Source: Lachnospiraceae bacterium
GTDB lineage: Bacteria; Bacillota; Clostridia; Lachnospirales; Lachnospiraceae
DNA length: 49,538 bases
Assembly (NCBI GenBank): GCA_016282595.1
Contig: JAEEKV010000154.1
Coordinates: 1-49,538, forward strand
Direction of reading: 5' to 3'
The position numbers and the translations under genes were made by a program. Position 1 is the stretch's first letter; every line of letters begins with the position of its first letter. Shown one piece after another: positions 47,344 through 49,538 of this stretch. Under the pieces are notes generated by a model. It ran no database searches. It worked only from the letters and a program-made list of their open reading frames with translations, and was not told where the DNA came from.

Positions 47344-48846
47344 TTACTTTCTGCGGTCGATCCCCTTTTCCCTGTAGTAGCGGTCTTTTTCCTTATACAT
47401 CTCCGCATCTGCCAGCTGCTCCAGCTTATCCACACTCTCTCCCGGATGATCTGCCACGGAGGCGTAGCCGATGGACATGGTCAGATTTTCGATGTTCTCT
47501 CCCCGCCATGCGGCAGCCCTTTGCATAATGGATTCCCGGACAGCTTCCGGCGCATCGGTATGGAGGATCATCATAAACTCATCGCCGCCTGTACGATAGA
47601 CCTTTCCGAACTTTTCGGTGACCTCTCTCAGGCACTTGGCAGCGCCGCAGATCAGTTCATCACCCGCTGCATGCCCCATGGTATCGTTGACGGTCTTCAG
47701 ACCGTTGACATCCACGCAGAAGATCACCAGCTTTTTGGACAGGATCCTGCCGCGATAGGAATCCAGATCCTCATCGTAGCTTCTGCGGTTATAGAGCCTT
47801 GTCATCTCATCGGTTTCGGAGATTTTAATAAGCTGCTGCTCTCTTCTCTTTTCCTCTTCCACATTCTGGATGGTATAGATTACCCGGTTGGGGATCCCGT
47901 CGATGGTGGCATCCACCGTAATGAACTGAGCCCTGAACCATCCGCTGACCACATCCACGAAATCAGCGCTGATGCTCTTTTTCTTGGCAAGTCTTCTCCG
48001 GACGGTTTTAATATCCGTAAAGCGCATGAACTCGTCGTACTGCTCCGGCTCCACACGGCCTTTTAACTTCTGATCCATAATGGTATGGCGCTGGGCGTCC
48101 AGATCGATGTTGTATTTCGTACTGTTGGAATCCCGCAGGGACATTTCGGTACTGTCCTGAAAATCCACCAGATTTACGTGGTCGTAGATCTGAGACATGG
48201 AATCCAGAAGCTCCATCTTTTCCTCCATGTTCTTCTCATGGGCATGGATGAGGGCATTCTGGGTGAAGATCTCCTTAAAGTAAGACCGGATGAGACGCAG
48301 CATGGTAAAGGTCGCCAAAAACAGAATGATGGTCTCAATGGTATATCCGGCGATAACGTCCTTAAAATACGCACCCGCATGTTCAAAGTCGTTACGCACG
48401 GAGGCATCATAGGCCGCTGTCATCAAAAGGGATGCAAACATCACCAGATAGTTGACGATGATGGCGTAAAAATAGATGCCCGTATCACAGAACAAAAGAC
48501 TCAGCACCGGAACGATACACCAGCTAAGGCTGATATTGACATGGGTATAGGACATATACACCAGTAAAATATCCAGTGCGATCAAAGAAAACAACGCGGT
48601 GCGCCGCTCCTTCGGATAGAGCTTATAAAAAATAAAATGCAGTAGCGCAAGACCCAGGCAAAGCCCGGTGATGATGGCGCAGGATCTGTAGGTGATGTCC
48701 TGGAAAAATCCTGCCTTTACACCCACCGCAAGTGCCGGCCCCATAATGGCAAACAGCCACAGCGCCGTATTCAGGGACCTGTTGACCCTGCCGCGATTTT
48801 CTGTCAGGAAGTCCTCAAATTCCCTGACAGTCTGTTCCTTTTTCAT
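47344..48846 (-). CDS. Membrane-anchored diguanylate cyclase (GGDEF)
   Basis: The N-terminal region has about 6 TM segments. The C-terminus carries LYNRRSY...[33 protein letters not shown]. Confidence 0.85.
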   Translation of the reverse strand: MKKEQTVREFEDFLTENRGRVNRSLNTALWLFAIMGPALAVGVKAGFFQDITYRSCAIITGLCLGLALLHFIFYKLYPKERRTALFSLIALDILLVYMSYTHVNISLSWCIVPVLSLLFCDTGIYFYAIIVNYLVMFASLLMTAAYDASVRNDFEHAGAYFKDVIAGYTIETIILFLATFTMLRLIRSYFKEIFTQNALIHAHEKNMEEKMELLDSMSQIYDHVNLVDFQDSTEMSLRDSNSTKYNIDLDAQRHTIMDQKLKGRVEPEQYDEFMRFTDIKTVRRRLAKKKSISADFVDVVSGWFRAQFITVDATIDGIPNRVIYTIQNVEEEKRREQQLIKISETDEMTRLYNRRSYDEDLDSYRGRILSKKLVIFCVDVNGLKTVNDTMGHAAGDELICGAAKCLREVTEKFGKVYRTGGDEFMMILHTDAPEAVRESIMQRAAAWRGENIENLTMSIGYASVADHPGESVDKLEQLADAEMYKEKDRYYREKGIDRRK

Positions 48847-49538
48847 GCGTGTTCTCCTCCCTCGTCTGTTTCCCTCTTATGAAAATACGCATAGATCTCC
48901 TCGGCACAGGCCGGGGTAATCTCCGGAATGTCCGCAAGCTCCTCAATGCTTGCAAGACGGATCTGCTCTAAGGAATCAAAGCGGCGCATCAGCGCCTTCC
49001 TTCTTGCAGGTCCCACGGATCTGATCTCATCGAGAATGGATTTCACCGAGGCCTTCTTGCGAAGGGATCTGTGATACTCGATGGCAAAACGGTGTGCCTC
49101 ATCCTGGATCCGGGTGATAAGTAAAAATCCCTCGGAGTGGGTATCGATGGGCACCTCTTTGTTATTATAATACAAACCTCTGGTTCTGTGGTGATCATCC
49201 TTTACCATGCCGCAAACCGGAATGGAAAGTCCCAGCTCGGAAAGCACCTGGAGACAGATATTCACCTGGCCCCTGCCACCGTCCATGAGCAAAAGATCCG
49301 GGAATCGGGTAAAGCTTCCGTAAGCGTTGTCTAACTTTTTTTCCTCCCGCTGGGCCCGTTCCTCCAGGCCATGCACAAAGCGCCTGGTAAGAACCTCCTT
49401 CATGGAAGCGTAGTCGTTGGGTCCCTCCACGGTTTTGATACGGAACTTCCGGTAGTCGCTCCTTCTGGGTTTGCCATCTACAAACACCACCATGGAACCC
49501 ACGGATTCATAGCCGCTGGTATTGGAAATATCAAAGGC
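48843..49538 (-). CDS. uvrC: Excinuclease ABC subunit C, C-terminal part (gene continues beyond the right edge)
   Basis: The reading frame stays open to base 49538. Endonuclease V-like and (HhH)2 regions are present: [33 protein letters not shown]. The stop overlaps the GGDEF start by 4 nt. Confidence 0.85.
   Translation of the reverse strand, partial: AFDISNTSGYESVGSMVVFVDGKPRRSDYRKFRIKTVEGPNDYASMKEVLTRRFVHGLEERAQREEKKLDNAYGSFTRFPDLLLMDGGRGQVNICLQVLSELGLSIPVCGMVKDDHHRTRGLYYNNKEVPIDTHSEGFLLITRIQDEAHRFAIEYHRSLRKKASVKSILDEIRSVGPARRKALMRRFDSLEQIRLASIEELADIPEITPACAEEIYAYFHKRETDEGGEHA

Overview
This is a chromosomal segment from a roughly 50% GC Firmicute. Gene content and order look like Clostridia, possibly Lachnospiraceae, but taxonomy cannot be verified from this window. 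I call about 36 protein genes, and all but two (HD-GYP, ppiB) lie on the minus strand. Most of the window (10.4-32 kb and 37.5-49.5 kb) is ordinary housekeeping: rRNA/tRNA methyltransferase, pfkA, dnaE, SAM-I riboswitch plus metK, murA, an M23 peptidase, relQ-type alarmone synthetase, galE, asnA-asnS, carD-like, trkH-trkA, ppdK, ppiB, dagK-like, and the crh-whiA-rapZ-murB-glk-hprK carbon-control/cell-envelope cluster, followed by a GGDEF cyclase and the 3' end of uvrC. Two regions look accessory. (1) Bases 1-10.4 kb hold three large secreted or surface proteins: transglutaminase-like, BspA-LRR/Listeria-Bacteroides-repeat, and SleB/SH3b. Between them sits a free-standing 400-aa reverse transcriptase (catalytic YSDD), preceded by a compact non-coding element that is closed by an inverted repeat and contains several hairpins, and by a 163-aa orphan protein. 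This RT plus RNA module is the best candidate for an undescribed system. It is neither a group II intron nor a recognisable DGR. It has retron-like RNA architecture but a non-retron-like RT, and it resembles single-gene RT+ncRNA defence systems (DRT2/DRT9-like). (2) Bases 32.4-37.4 kb hold a 1018-aa cytosolic protein with a GHSRG serine-hydrolase elbow and a long coiled-coil tail, directly upstream of a zinc-ribbon membrane protein and a TPM-domain membrane protein. Coordinates of several ORF-track entries were trimmed to internal starts that have better Shine-Dalgarno sites. No rRNA, tRNA, CRISPR array, transposase or integrase was seen.
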